Below the pieces are notes generated by a model. It saw nothing but the letters and a program-made list of their open reading frames with translations. It had not been told where the DNA came from and did not search any database. A stretch of DNA of 58,956 bases, counting the filler. It is 4 parts of 4 records of this genome, joined end to end, with 100 filler letters (N's around TTAATTAATTAA, not from the genome) between each part and the next. Parts side by side here need not be neighbours in the genome. Positions count along the whole stretch, not along the records: positions 39,979 to 58,956 come from SRR22947727_133; 3 more parts are not named here. One strand, given 5' to 3'. Shown one piece after another: positions 51,801 to 58,955 of the stretch. The translations under genes and the position numbers were made by a program. Each line of letters begins with the position of its first letter. Position 1 is the stretch's first letter.

Positions 51801-52272
51801 AATTGTAATGATTGATGCTAAGCATAAAGAAGTTTGTAGACAAAAAAGTGAAGAAGAAGGATCGCTAGTAAAAGATTTTTTTAACCAATTACTTGGTAGT
51901 ATTTTTTTAGATGAAAACGACAATAAGAAAATAATGAACGAAGAAGATATTCTAGTTGTTGCTCCTTATAATGTTCAGGTCAATTATCTAAAATCGATTC
52001 TACCAAAAGGTGCTAAAGTTGGTACTATTGATAAATTTCAAGGCCAACAAGCTCCAGCAACAATTATAAGTATGACTACGAGTGATCCCGAGAGCTTACC
52101 AAGAAATGTTGATTTTTTCTTTAGTAGAAACAGATTAAATGTTGCAATATCTCGAAGCCAATGTTTGTCAATAGTTATAATAAATAAGAAAATTTTAGAG
52201 ATAGCTTGTAAGAAGATTAAACATATTCACTTAGTTAACACTTTTATGAAATTACTTGAGTTTGAAAAATAA
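48823..52272 (+). CDS. TM0106-family RecB/Cas4-like nuclease + RNase H-like domain + SF1 helicase
   Basis: GEIDFL...YEVYDTK, Cys cluster CSFCAMCKWSDVC, FFDIEG/HIYHY/YNQEDC, QGPPGVGKT, DEAGQ, GTIDKFQGQQ, RLNVAISR. Confidence 0.9.
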   Translation: MKNDHDRLKTASRLKNWIACNYTTINEINKKELKKKEQSTTELIRKKRGDQFEAKIYQKLIKQFPKHIQIKKDEDRFEKTKEAIKKGYDLIHKAHFKHEGWVGEIDFLIIDKNKKTKNGKCRYEVYDTKLSSVPQTDHITQISLYSEWIATQQDNELPDFMYLILGIKNKEKKITKLKIDEEVKQYKTLNYQLYFQKNNANYIKFLESDKKNIEPNRCSFCAMCKWSDVCDKIWIEKDHLNQIAKIRKDQIVKIKKHGVKTLSDFAKLKKAEKIKDLNSIILNKHLSQAELLINFKETKIPQFKILPLENERGFNKMPKSSAHDLFFDIEGLDKILNSEESEQDKQALEYLFGIYDPDNKKEPYKYFWAHNQDEEKEKFVELLEFIDKHLKKYPEAHIYHYNHYEKTALTKLMSKHDTHLEQVNDLLRYGKLVDLHAVVNQGIQVSEREYSLKNLEKFYGYKRKGEIKKANDSTDKYLDWIETGEERLLDEIKLYNQEDCESTYFLREWLSEIKPKDSLYVVKKEPEIREKNWEKENEELKKLIEKNCTDKEIRQILKDILGFHKREEMIYWQSIFNRAANKNDEDLIEDAKCIGFMEKIDEETQGTNTKGKEIKTFTYKFSKQDFKVKEKDSVIDATDGDLKTYNVGKVIGIDESRKDENIILISSTKDLPEILSITKDEFVSSQKIIEAIQRFVKSAVNGEKKYKATYEILKKNYPKIKNIKIGDAIIKEGDFLKESFEAVENMDNSYLYFQGPPGVGKTHTAAYIIIELIKKSKKIGITANSHKVIFNLLDKIEELSSAKENKNFSFKGFHKGSASDPEKKYDKGEYIQHISGVKKVSGKSFDKMDLEFEKMDADLFSGTAWCFSRPACDEKLDYLFIDEAGQLTTADILAISLSAKNIVIIGDQMQLSSPISAVHPGDSGQSLPEYLLENNDTISSNKGIFIDKSRRLHPKLRGFISENFYDERLKNFDFTEKRKIIFSNKKDSLPEAGIVMIDAKHKEVCRQKSEEEGSLVKDFFNQLLGSIFLDENDNKKIMNEEDILVVAPYNVQVNYLKSILPKGAKVGTIDKFQGQQAPATIISMTTSDPESLPRNVDFFFSRNRLNVAISRSQCLSIVIINKKILEIACKKIKHIHLVNTFMKLLEFEK

Positions 52273-52309
52273 ATTTAATCAGTTAATAAATTCTAGATTA
52301 AAAATATTA

Positions 52310-52681
52310 TTACTTTTTCTTCTTTTTTATTTTTTTTGTTAAAGGATTACTCCCATATTTGTTTTTACCTTTAGTTCCATCTCCTAACATAAGAGCTAAT
52401 ACAATCAGACTTCCAATAAAAGGAACTAAACTCCAGAAGTAATGAACTCCAGATCTTCCTGTATCATGCAACCTTCTAACACCCACAGTAAATAGGGGAA
52501 TAAAGATCATAATAATAATCCCAAAAAGAAAATAGCTAACCGTCTCGGATTCGAAAATAAAATTTATTATAAAGCAAGATGACCAAATTAATTGAAACCA
52601 CCAGAACTCAGATTTACTGGCCCTACCCTCCATTACAAAATATTTTTTAAAGCAGGTAGATATTGATTCACCAAAAGTCAT
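52310..52681 (-). CDS. DUF805 family membrane protein
   Basis: GRASKSEFWWF, VGVRRLHDTGRSG, NKYG. Confidence 0.92.
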   Translation of the reverse strand: MTFGESISTCFKKYFVMEGRASKSEFWWFQLIWSSCFIINFIFESETVSYFLFGIIIMIFIPLFTVGVRRLHDTGRSGVHYFWSLVPFIGSLIVLALMLGDGTKGKNKYGSNPLTKKIKKKKK

Positions 52682-52697
52682 TATATAATAAATTTTT

Positions 52698-53558
52698 TCA
52701 AATTTTGCTTATTAATAAATTTCTAAAAAATAATAGTAAAAAAAACAATGATAAAATTTGAGAAATAATACTCCCTAAAACTAAGTAGTTTTTAAGAGAA
52801 CTCACCCTCTTATTAATTGATAGCTCACTATACAATTGATCATTATACTCTAAAAACATTGAATCTATTCTTTGCATTTCTTCACTAACAATATTGTAGT
52901 AACTATCCATATTTCTTAACAAAAAATGAGAGAATTTATAAATATCATGGAAATTTAAATTATTAAATTCTTTTAAAGCTTTATCAGTATTTGGAGGATA
53001 ATATTTATTGAAATCTTTGGTGTGAAAGGAGTTTATGTTACTTTTAAATATATTTCGAAAATCATAATTTAATTTTTCAGCAACATAATATCCTTCGCTG
53101 TCAAAATAATCTTTGAAATAACTTTCATTCCATCTATGGATATATTCAAACTTATCACTAATATCTAATGAATTATAAATTATTTCACTATAATGATAGA
53201 TAAATCTATTTTTAATTGTTTCTATTGTAAAGTTGTAATCAATTACATTATCAATCATTTTTGTATCAGCCAATTTTGAATTTTTTTCCAAAAGGATTAA
53301 ACTCTTAATCCAAAAAAGATTATCTCTATTTAGTTCAACTAAAGTGTCTGTAATAAAGCCTTGTAAAGATAGAAGTTGATTACTTATAGTATCAACATCA
53401 TAAACTTTAGTTGTCAGATTATCTATTTTGATGTCTGATTTTCTTAAATTATCTTCTTGTCTGATCACACCTTGATCACATACATAACTTGTAAGAGTAA
53501 AAATCGCTATTAAGATTATAAATATTAATGAATTTATATTAATAAACTTTCTTCTCAT
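52698..53558 (-). CDS. hypothetical protein, TM - helical extracytoplasmic domain - TM
   Basis: Hydrophobic helices at both ends; overlaps the upstream ORF by 4 nt. Confidence 0.7.
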   Translation of the reverse strand: MRRKFININSLIFIILIAIFTLTSYVCDQGVIRQEDNLRKSDIKIDNLTTKVYDVDTISNQLLSLQGFITDTLVELNRDNLFWIKSLILLEKNSKLADTKMIDNVIDYNFTIETIKNRFIYHYSEIIYNSLDISDKFEYIHRWNESYFKDYFDSEGYYVAEKLNYDFRNIFKSNINSFHTKDFNKYYPPNTDKALKEFNNLNFHDIYKFSHFLLRNMDSYYNIVSEEMQRIDSMFLEYNDQLYSELSINKRVSSLKNYLVLGSIISQILSLFFLLLFFRNLLISKI

Positions 53559-54472
53559 TTCTTTTTTTTCTTTAAATTAAAATTGACTGAATTAATTTCA
53601 AATATTTGGATGATAACGAAAATTAAAAATTGAAATACAAAAGTTGTTAAAATGATATTTTTCTCTAGGTTTGAATAATATAAAATTTCTTTTTCATATT
53701 GTTCAATCAAAAGATCATCATTACCTTTATATGCTTTTAAATAATTCATTAAATTTTCATAAAAAATTGTTAATTGATCTAATGAGTCATAAACAAGAGT
53801 ATAATCTTGCAAAGCTTGAGATGTTTGATTCAATGAGTTCAAATCCTCGTTTTTTATTTCATTTATAATTTCTTCTAAACTTAGAGGCTTTTGCAGTAAA
53901 TAATTTTCAATATTTAAATTTAATAATTTATTCATATACTCATCTACAGAGTCTAAGGAATCTATAAATCTATCAATATTTTCTTTGTCCCATGAATTTT
54001 TTATATTTGGTATTATTTGATCAGTATAAAATGGGTCATTTTTATCGTACATGTTAACTCCGTACGATTTTTTCATTTGTACTATTTCTTTCTCAAGAGC
54101 AAATAAATTATAATAAATAAACGAACCGTAGTAATCTCTTGTTGTATTTATTTTGTTTAAAATTTTAAATTCATCAATAAATCTTTTTTTAGCTGTGTTT
54201 GCACTTTCTTTATTAATAGATTTTGAAAGATTGTTAATTTCATTTTCAAAAAAAGAAATGGTATTATTACCATCTCTTGCACTAATTTGAGTTATTGTGA
54301 GTTCATTTTGTATATCCGAAATTTTTTTTTCTATAAAAAAAGAAATTGTTGCTGAGGAAAAAGCAAAAATTGAAAGAAAAATTCCAGTATTAATAATTAA
54401 TAAAGCTTTTCTTTTATTTTTTTGAATACTTAAAATATATGATTGTAATAAAGTAAATCTTAAGAATCTCAT
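53555..54472 (-). CDS. hypothetical protein, TM - helical extracytoplasmic domain - TM
   Basis: Same topology as the downstream neighbour. Confidence 0.7.
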   Translation of the reverse strand: MRFLRFTLLQSYILSIQKNKRKALLIINTGIFLSIFAFSSATISFFIEKKISDIQNELTITQISARDGNNTISFFENEINNLSKSINKESANTAKKRFIDEFKILNKINTTRDYYGSFIYYNLFALEKEIVQMKKSYGVNMYDKNDPFYTDQIIPNIKNSWDKENIDRFIDSLDSVDEYMNKLLNLNIENYLLQKPLSLEEIINEIKNEDLNSLNQTSQALQDYTLVYDSLDQLTIFYENLMNYLKAYKGNDDLLIEQYEKEILYYSNLEKNIILTTFVFQFLIFVIIQIFEINSVNFNLKKKKK

Positions 54473-54477
54473 ATGAT

Positions 54478-55158
54478 CTATATTTTCTTAATTTCTACTT
54501 CGCTTGATTTTTCTTTCTGTAGTTTTTTGAAGTGTGAATGTAGAGCTACAGCATAAATTGTGATCATTCCAACAATTGTTAAATGATAAGGATGGCTTAT
54601 AAAATTGTATAATCCATGAATTAGATAGGGGATTAATAAGCACAATATTAAGTATTTCTTATTAGCAGTGAATGAATACATTCCAAAATAAAATCCCATT
54701 ATACAACCATTTAAACCATGAAGAGGGATGGCAGAATAAGATCTCCAAATAGCCATTTGGTAAGGATCTATTTCCCAAAGTTCTGCTAATCTAAAAACAT
54801 AATCATAATTTTCATATGTTGCAAAACCTAGGGATACCGTAACACCATAGACAATTCCATCCATAGGTTCATTGAATTCATTTCTTCTTAAGACAACAAA
54901 ATATAAAATAATAAACTTTAATAATTCCTCAGCCCAAGCAGGTCCTAGAAAACTTGAATAAAGTGCTTCAGATAAATCTGTACCATCATTAAAATTTTCA
55001 TACATAAAATCATTGATAATTCCTGCTGGTAAACAAATTAAAATACCTAGAAAAAAAACTAAAGCTATTGAGCCTTTAGGTTCTTTAAATCTATCTGATA
55101 AAAAAAAATATAATAAGATTAATATTGATGGAACAATTGTTATTAAAAGAGTGTTCAT
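54478..55158 (-). CDS. PrsW family intramembrane protease
   Basis: DRFKEP, AEELLK, EPMDGIVYG, GFATYEN, PLHG, IHGLYN. Confidence 0.92.
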   Translation of the reverse strand: MNTLLITIVPSILILLYFFLSDRFKEPKGSIALVFFLGILICLPAGIINDFMYENFNDGTDLSEALYSSFLGPAWAEELLKFIILYFVVLRRNEFNEPMDGIVYGVTVSLGFATYENYDYVFRLAELWEIDPYQMAIWRSYSAIPLHGLNGCIMGFYFGMYSFTANKKYLILCLLIPYLIHGLYNFISHPYHLTIVGMITIYAVALHSHFKKLQKEKSSEVEIKKI

Positions 55159-55169
55159 TTTTGAATATT

Positions 55170-56525
55170 TTAATTAGTTTTTTTCTTCATACTCTCAATT
55201 GTTCGTTCTATTGTTTTTTTATTTTCAGTATTTTCTAGTTTCTCAATCTTTTCAATTAACTCTTGAAAATAAGGAGGATATTTAGAATCATTTTTGGTAC
55301 CTTTTAATAAATTTGAATTAGGAATAAATTTTTTAGCCACTAGTTTTTCTTCAGCTGTATAATCATAATCTCTACAATTTAATTTCAAAGTCCACTTACT
55401 AATAGAAAAACCAGTTTGATCTATATAAGCAAATAAACGAACAGGTTCTCCGTTTTCAAATTGTAGTTTATTTTTGTACTCGTATTTAATTTTTTCCTCT
55501 TCATTGTCGCCAATTACCTCAATAATATTTGTATAAGCGACACTATAGGCGTTTGTGTAAACCTCTGTTTTTTTGAAGGTTTGTTTATCTGCCGCTCCAT
55601 ACATACCAGATAAAACATTTACCTCACCATCTTCAGATATATCTGCTATTTCTTGTCTAATTTCAGATACAAAAAAATTTATAACTTTACCTGCAAATCT
55701 TGGGTAGTCATCTTCTGTTATTTTTGAATTTTTTAAATCTGATGTTGTAATTAAGCAGTAGGCAATGTGATTGGTTGGGTCGGTTGTAATACCCCTTCCA
55801 TAACTTTTATCAATTAAATTTGTTAATGTATTTACTGAAACATAATCATCTTGATGATAATCAGAATAATTATATTCATCATTAAATTTTACTGTTGAAG
55901 CGATTTCTTGAATAACACCAGAATAAAAATTAAAAAACTCTTCTGACTCATTTCCATCTCCAAATAAAAATATTGTTAATTCGATATATCCTTCTCTACC
56001 TAAAATTAAACTTTTATATTCATAAGTAATATCTCCATCTAACCACTCTATTTTATAGGCATATGTGGATAAATTATTTTCTGAAAGACTGGGTTCAATG
56101 AGCCAACTTACTTTCGATGTTGAATCTGACATCCTTTTACTCATCGTTTCAAGTATGTTAGAGGAAGTAAAATTCTTAAATCTATCTGTTTTTATATATC
56201 CAACATCATTATATTCTACGTTAATCTTATAATACCCTTCTCGATCAGATATAATTAATTTTTCATAAATATCTTCAATATTTGTTTCTTGTTCATTGAT
56301 TAAATCTAAACGTTTTTTAATATTTTCTTTTGAGTCTAAATAAATCTCTGTTTCAATGATTTCTATAGAAGCATTGGCATCTGGAATTATAATTAATGTA
56401 TTTTCAGGATTTTCAAGATTTTTCCATCCTATTTTGTAATATGGATCATTTAAATCGATCTCGATGGCATTTGAATTAGAAAAAATAAATATTAAAAAAA
56501 AAAAATTAAGTAATTGTTTCTTCAT
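55170..56525 (-). CDS. secreted protein with DUF2167-like N-terminal domain and unknown C-terminal domain
   Basis: Signal peptide; Y.DVGYIK.D, W...P, LGREGY, FN..Y.YSDY resemble DUF2167. Confidence 0.6.
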   Translation of the reverse strand: MKKQLLNFFFLIFIFSNSNAIEIDLNDPYYKIGWKNLENPENTLIIIPDANASIEIIETEIYLDSKENIKKRLDLINEQETNIEDIYEKLIISDREGYYKINVEYNDVGYIKTDRFKNFTSSNILETMSKRMSDSTSKVSWLIEPSLSENNLSTYAYKIEWLDGDITYEYKSLILGREGYIELTIFLFGDGNESEEFFNFYSGVIQEIASTVKFNDEYNYSDYHQDDYVSVNTLTNLIDKSYGRGITTDPTNHIAYCLITTSDLKNSKITEDDYPRFAGKVINFFVSEIRQEIADISEDGEVNVLSGMYGAADKQTFKKTEVYTNAYSVAYTNIIEVIGDNEEEKIKYEYKNKLQFENGEPVRLFAYIDQTGFSISKWTLKLNCRDYDYTAEEKLVAKKFIPNSNLLKGTKNDSKYPPYFQELIEKIEKLENTENKKTIERTIESMKKKTN

Positions 56526-56530
56526 ATTCT

Positions 56531-57169
56531 TTAATTAATTTTTGCTTGATCAAGTTCTGACAAAACACCTTTAATATGTGCTGCTGTCATATCTAATACA
56601 GATGCTGTTTTCATCAATAGTTTACTTTCTTTAGTGTCTAAATGACCATCAGATGAAGCAACATAATACATTGCCTTAACAACTAATTCTCTGTGTCCTA
56701 CATTTAAATAAGGTTTTATTTTTTTTAAATATTCTTGCACATTTTTTGTGCTTTTTTTGACAAGAGCAATGTTTTTTTCTATTTGATTTTTTGTAAATTT
56801 TTTATTCTTTGTGAGCTTATTATAAATTTCTGAAACGATATTTAATTCTTCGTCCTCAACTTTATTGTCAGCTAAAATCATTAAGCATAAAACATTTTTA
56901 AGTGCCTTTTCATACTCAGACTCCATTTCTTCTTCATTAAGAGCGGGTTTGTAATCTATTACATTAAGATGATAAATACTTTCACATTTTTTACACTCTA
57001 TATGATCGTTTTTTTTTCCACTTATTGGAAAAATTGGAATAAAAAATAATGTGAACCAGTCTTGAACATACTTCTTTCCATATTCTTCTTTGAGATTGCA
57101 ATTTGGACAATGAAACTGTCCACTATCCGTTTCTACTGCTCTATCTTTTGTACCAAATAATATAAACAT
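56531..57169 (-). CDS. zinc-ribbon + TerB-like domain protein
   Basis: CPNC...WFTLFFIPIFP...CKKC ribbon; ADNKVEDEE and SDGHLDTKE TerB motifs. Confidence 0.85.
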   Translation of the reverse strand: MFILFGTKDRAVETDSGQFHCPNCNLKEEYGKKYVQDWFTLFFIPIFPISGKKNDHIECKKCESIYHLNVIDYKPALNEEEMESEYEKALKNVLCLMILADNKVEDEELNIVSEIYNKLTKNKKFTKNQIEKNIALVKKSTKNVQEYLKKIKPYLNVGHRELVVKAMYYVASSDGHLDTKESKLLMKTASVLDMTAAHIKGVLSELDQAKIN

Positions 57170-57271
57170 TTATATTTTTATTAAAATAAATCTTCTCAAA
57201 TTAATCGACAAAATTAAAGGTTTAAATAACAAACTCTATCTAGTTTTTATAAAATTAACTCACTCATAGGT

Positions 57272-57355
57272 TTAATTCAAAAATTTTAGAAAAGCAGGAA
57301 GAGCTAACAAAAGAACTCCAATCATATATACTGCAATTAGTAACTGATCCATCAT
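57272..57355 (-). CDS. 27-aa hydrophobic peptide or gene remnant MMDQLLIAVYMIGVLLLALPAFLKFLN
   Basis: Manual translation; single TM helix. Confidence 0.4.
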   Translation of the reverse strand: MMDQLLIAVYMIGVLLLALPAFLKFLN

Positions 57356-57394
57356 TTCAATAGCTTATTCTAACTCATGTGATAACATTAATGA

Positions 57395-57559
57395 ATGCAA
57401 ATACTTGGATACATTTTAATTATTTTTGCTGTAGCTGACTTTGGTTCTTCTTACGCCGGTTATAACCTAACTAGTTTTCTAGGAGAAGCATCAAGATTTT
57501 CACCGATCGTGATAGGTTTAATTGGTGGAGCGCTTGTTAATTTAGGTCAAAAAAAATAA
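57395..57559 (+). CDS. 54-aa two-helix membrane microprotein
   Basis: MQILGYILIIFAVADFGSSYAGYNLTSFLGEASRFSPIVIGLIGGALVNLGQKK; Gly-rich and protein-like composition. Confidence 0.7.
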   Translation: MQILGYILIIFAVADFGSSYAGYNLTSFLGEASRFSPIVIGLIGGALVNLGQKK

Positions 57560-57604
57560 TTAATTAAAAAATTTAATAATACGTTTGTTAGAAGGGTTAG
57601 AGAT

Positions 57605-57919
57605 ATGAGCTCATTCGATGATAGAAAAAAAGGATTTGAAGGTAAGTTTGCTCACGATGAAGAAGCTTTATTCAAGATTAATGCAAAAAGAAATAAACTT
57701 TTAGGTGAGTGGGTAGCAGATAAATTAAAAAAAACTGATAAAGATAAAGAGGACTATATTCTTGAAGTTATAAAATCTGATATGGCTGAGCCTGGAGATG
57801 AGGATGTTTTTAGAAAGATTAAAAATGATCTATTGCAGGCTGGTTTTGAAAATATTGATGAAGAAATCAGAAATAAAATGAATGAACTAATGGAAACTGC
57901 TAAAAAAGCTTTCTCTTAA
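57605..57919 (+). CDS. F1Fo-ATPase inhibitor zeta subunit (DUF1476)
   Basis: MSSFDDRKKGFEGKFAHDEE, RNKLLGEW, SDMAEPGDEDVFRKI. Confidence 0.9.
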   Translation: MSSFDDRKKGFEGKFAHDEEALFKINAKRNKLLGEWVADKLKKTDKDKEDYILEVIKSDMAEPGDEDVFRKIKNDLLQAGFENIDEEIRNKMNELMETAKKAFS

Positions 57920-57982
57920 ACATACCAAAACAACAACAAACCTAGAACAACGATCAATAGAAGCTTTTTATATTAATTAAAT

Positions 57983-58150
57983 TTATCCATAATTAATTAA
58001 TAAAATTATTATAGTGACAGTTATTAACACAGCACTGACAATAATATAATTCAATCTAATATTAAATTTTTTGAAGACTATTTCGGTAATCTTTTCCCAG
58101 AATAATACGATCAATAAAATTATTATAGCTGGTAGAATATATTTGATCAT
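57983..58150 (-). CDS. 55-aa two-TM microprotein
   Basis: MIKYILPAIIILLIVLFWEKITEIVFKKFNIRLNYIIVSAVLITVTIIILLINYG; TAATG-coupled to the upstream peptide. Confidence 0.6.
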   Translation of the reverse strand: MIKYILPAIIILLIVLFWEKITEIVFKKFNIRLNYIIVSAVLITVTIIILLINYG

Positions 58151-58218
58151 TAATCTATAATTATTGTGTAAGCTAAATAAGCAAGTTCTATGACTAATAG
58201 TATTTCAAGTACAGACAT
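58150..58218 (-). CDS. 22-aa hydrophobic micropeptide MSVLEILLVIELAYLAYTIIID
   Basis: Paralogue of 43571-43675; stop overlaps the next start (TAATG). Confidence 0.55.
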   Translation of the reverse strand: MSVLEILLVIELAYLAYTIIID

Positions 58219-58224
58219 AATTTA
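58168..58224. repeat. 57-bp direct repeat, copy 2
   Basis: 53/57 identical to 43625-43681. Confidence 0.9.
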
Positions 58225-58290
58225 CAATATTAAATTATTTTTTTGTCTCGATATGATCAAGTTCAAGAGCTTCTTTATTATTTTTTTCAT
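58222..58290 (-). CDS. possible 22-aa basic peptide MKKIIKKLLNLIISRQKNNLIL
   Basis: TAATG-coupled to the upstream ORF; ends 3 nt before the next ATG. Confidence 0.35.
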   Translation of the reverse strand: MKKIIKKLLNLIISRQKNNLIL

Positions 58291-58445
58291 TAATTAAACT
58301 TCTTAAATAAGTATATGAAACACTCTGTATCAGTAAGCTTTACATCTATTCTGACTTGTTTATTTTTATATTTATTTCTAAACTTTGTTACAAATTCATC
58401 TACTTTGTATAAGGGTGTGTTCCATTTTAGTTTTGCAATAATCAA
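58290..58445 (-). CDS. possible 51-aa basic protein (TTG start)
   Basis: (M)IIAKLKWNTPLYKVDEFVTKFRNKYKNKQVRIDVKLTDTECFIYLFKKFN fills the gap in a tightly packed run. Confidence 0.45.
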   Translation of the reverse strand: MIIAKLKWNTPLYKVDEFVTKFRNKYKNKQVRIDVKLTDTECFIYLFKKFN

Positions 58446-58471
58446 TTTTTTTTTTCTTAATTAAAACTCAT

Positions 58472-58657
58472 TTATTTTATAATCCAAAAAATGATATTTA
58501 TTATATAAACCAAAATACCATAAAATAAGAACATTAGAAATTTGTCTTTTCCTGACTTTTCTTTCCAATTTAAAGTAAATAACGCAGATGGTGATGCAAC
58601 TAGTAAAATAACCCCAACAACAATTACCAATACTGATAAAATTATAAATACATTCAT
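58472..58657 (-). CDS. 61-aa two-TM microprotein
   Basis: ORF track; two hydrophobic helices with a charged loop. Confidence 0.6.
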   Translation of the reverse strand: MNVFIILSVLVIVVGVILLVASPSALFTLNWKEKSGKDKFLMFLFYGILVYIINIIFWIIK

Positions 58658-58682
58658 AAATTAACTTTTATCATATATTTTC

Positions 58683-58955
58683 TTAAATATTAAATCTGTC
58701 TTTAATTGCATAAAACCATACTGCTAATCTAAAGTAAAATGTTCTCAATTGAGGGAAGATAAATTTCTTAGGTAATCCTTTATAAATTTTTGAAATATCT
58801 AACTCTTTACTGTTTGATAATACTAACTTAGACAATTGTTTTCCAGTCCAAGGAGCAGCACTCACTCCAACCCCATTATAACCAAATCCATAATAAATCT
58901 CTTCATTATCAATTTTACCAATGGAGGGAGTTAATTTTTGAGATAAAGCAATTAA
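58683..58955 (-). CDS. FAD-dependent oxidoreductase (DAO/PuuB-OrdL-like), C-terminal fragment
   Basis: Frame open to the window end: LIALSQKLTPSIGKIDNEEIYYGFGYNGVGVSAAPWTGK. Confidence 0.8.
   Translation of the reverse strand, partial: LIALSQKLTPSIGKIDNEEIYYGFGYNGVGVSAAPWTGKQLSKLVLSNSKELDISKIYKGLPKKFIFPQLRTFYFRLAVWFYAIKDRFNI

Noticed and set aside
48823-52272. Cas4-like nuclease as evidence of a CRISPR-Cas locus
   Set aside because: No repeat-spacer array or other cas genes seen; the domain is part of a TM0106 fusion
343-53868. Many 60-106 aa ORFs overlapping or antisense to long genes (e.g. 4912-5220, 14902-15153, 31816-32127, 35355-35675, 48217-48456)
   Set aside because: Shadow ORFs of well-supported genes, with no motifs or independent support
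57916-57990. Minus-strand MDKFN*YKKLLLIVVLGLLLFWYV as a readthrough peptide
   Set aside because: In-frame TAA at codon 6 and no recoding signal; at best a remnant of a signal-peptide-bearing gene
43566-58224. Prophage, IS or integrative element call for the repeat-bracketed block
   Set aside because: No integrase, transposase, terminal inverted repeats or phage structural genes recognised
58446-58455. T10 homopolymer as a phase-variation switch
   Set aside because: A/T runs are frequent throughout this contig, and a one-base change would not create a longer open frame from the upstream ATG (in-frame TAA)
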